A stretch of DNA of 45,143 bases from assembly GCF_001194135.2 (NCBI RefSeq), contig NC_068982.1, positions 191,096,420-191,141,562 on the forward strand, written 5' to 3'. Shown here in pieces: positions 45,123 through 45,143 of the stretch. The notes under the pieces were generated by a model that worked only from the letters and a program-made list of their open reading frames with translations, made no database searches and was not told the origin of the DNA. Position 1 is the first letter of the stretch. Each line of letters starts with the position of its first letter. Position numbers and translations under genes: made by a program. This DNA comes from Octopus bimaculoides (lineage: Eukaryota).

Positions 45123-45143
45123 CATACTTACATACATGCTTAC
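45070..45143. repeat. (TACA)n microsatellite
   Basis: Directly visible. Confidence 0.9.

Overview
This is a repeat- and microsatellite-rich eukaryotic scaffold window with eight N gaps (2402-2931, 14950-15216, 16754-17484, 27705-27927, 29849-30193, 32921-32930, 38315-38375, 44274-44742). The SINE/RTE repertoire looks like an octopus genome; that call is from recalled repeat families, not a search. One protein-coding gene is well supported. It lies on the minus strand with five coding exons (21889-22261, 18476-18577, 17736-17796, 16470-16616, 10615-14266). All junctions are GT-AG with matching phases (1,1,2,2), giving a 4335-nt CDS and a 1444-aa mostly disordered, basic, nuclear-looking protein. 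It has no recognisable globular domain, but it has an LRIF1-like C-terminal coiled coil, two ATF7IP-binding-type (ITEIFSL-like) motifs and several SUMO consensus sites. The rest is mostly transposon debris: a full-length dead mariner, mariner and Tc1 fragments, RTE LINE fragments and their 3'-derived repeats, tRNA-derived SINEs, and piggyBac/hAT-type MITEs. The most notable non-gene observations are (i) a composite tRNA-head plus minimal hammerhead-ribozyme element, present at two loci as inverted structures, with one core intact; (ii) a ~480-bp foldback in the last intron; (iii) a frame-compensating alternative acceptor; and (iv) a CpG-decay pattern that points to the promoter and possibly a second gene. 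No tools were used. Repeat boundaries are approximate to about 10-20 bp, and homology calls come from recalled motifs.
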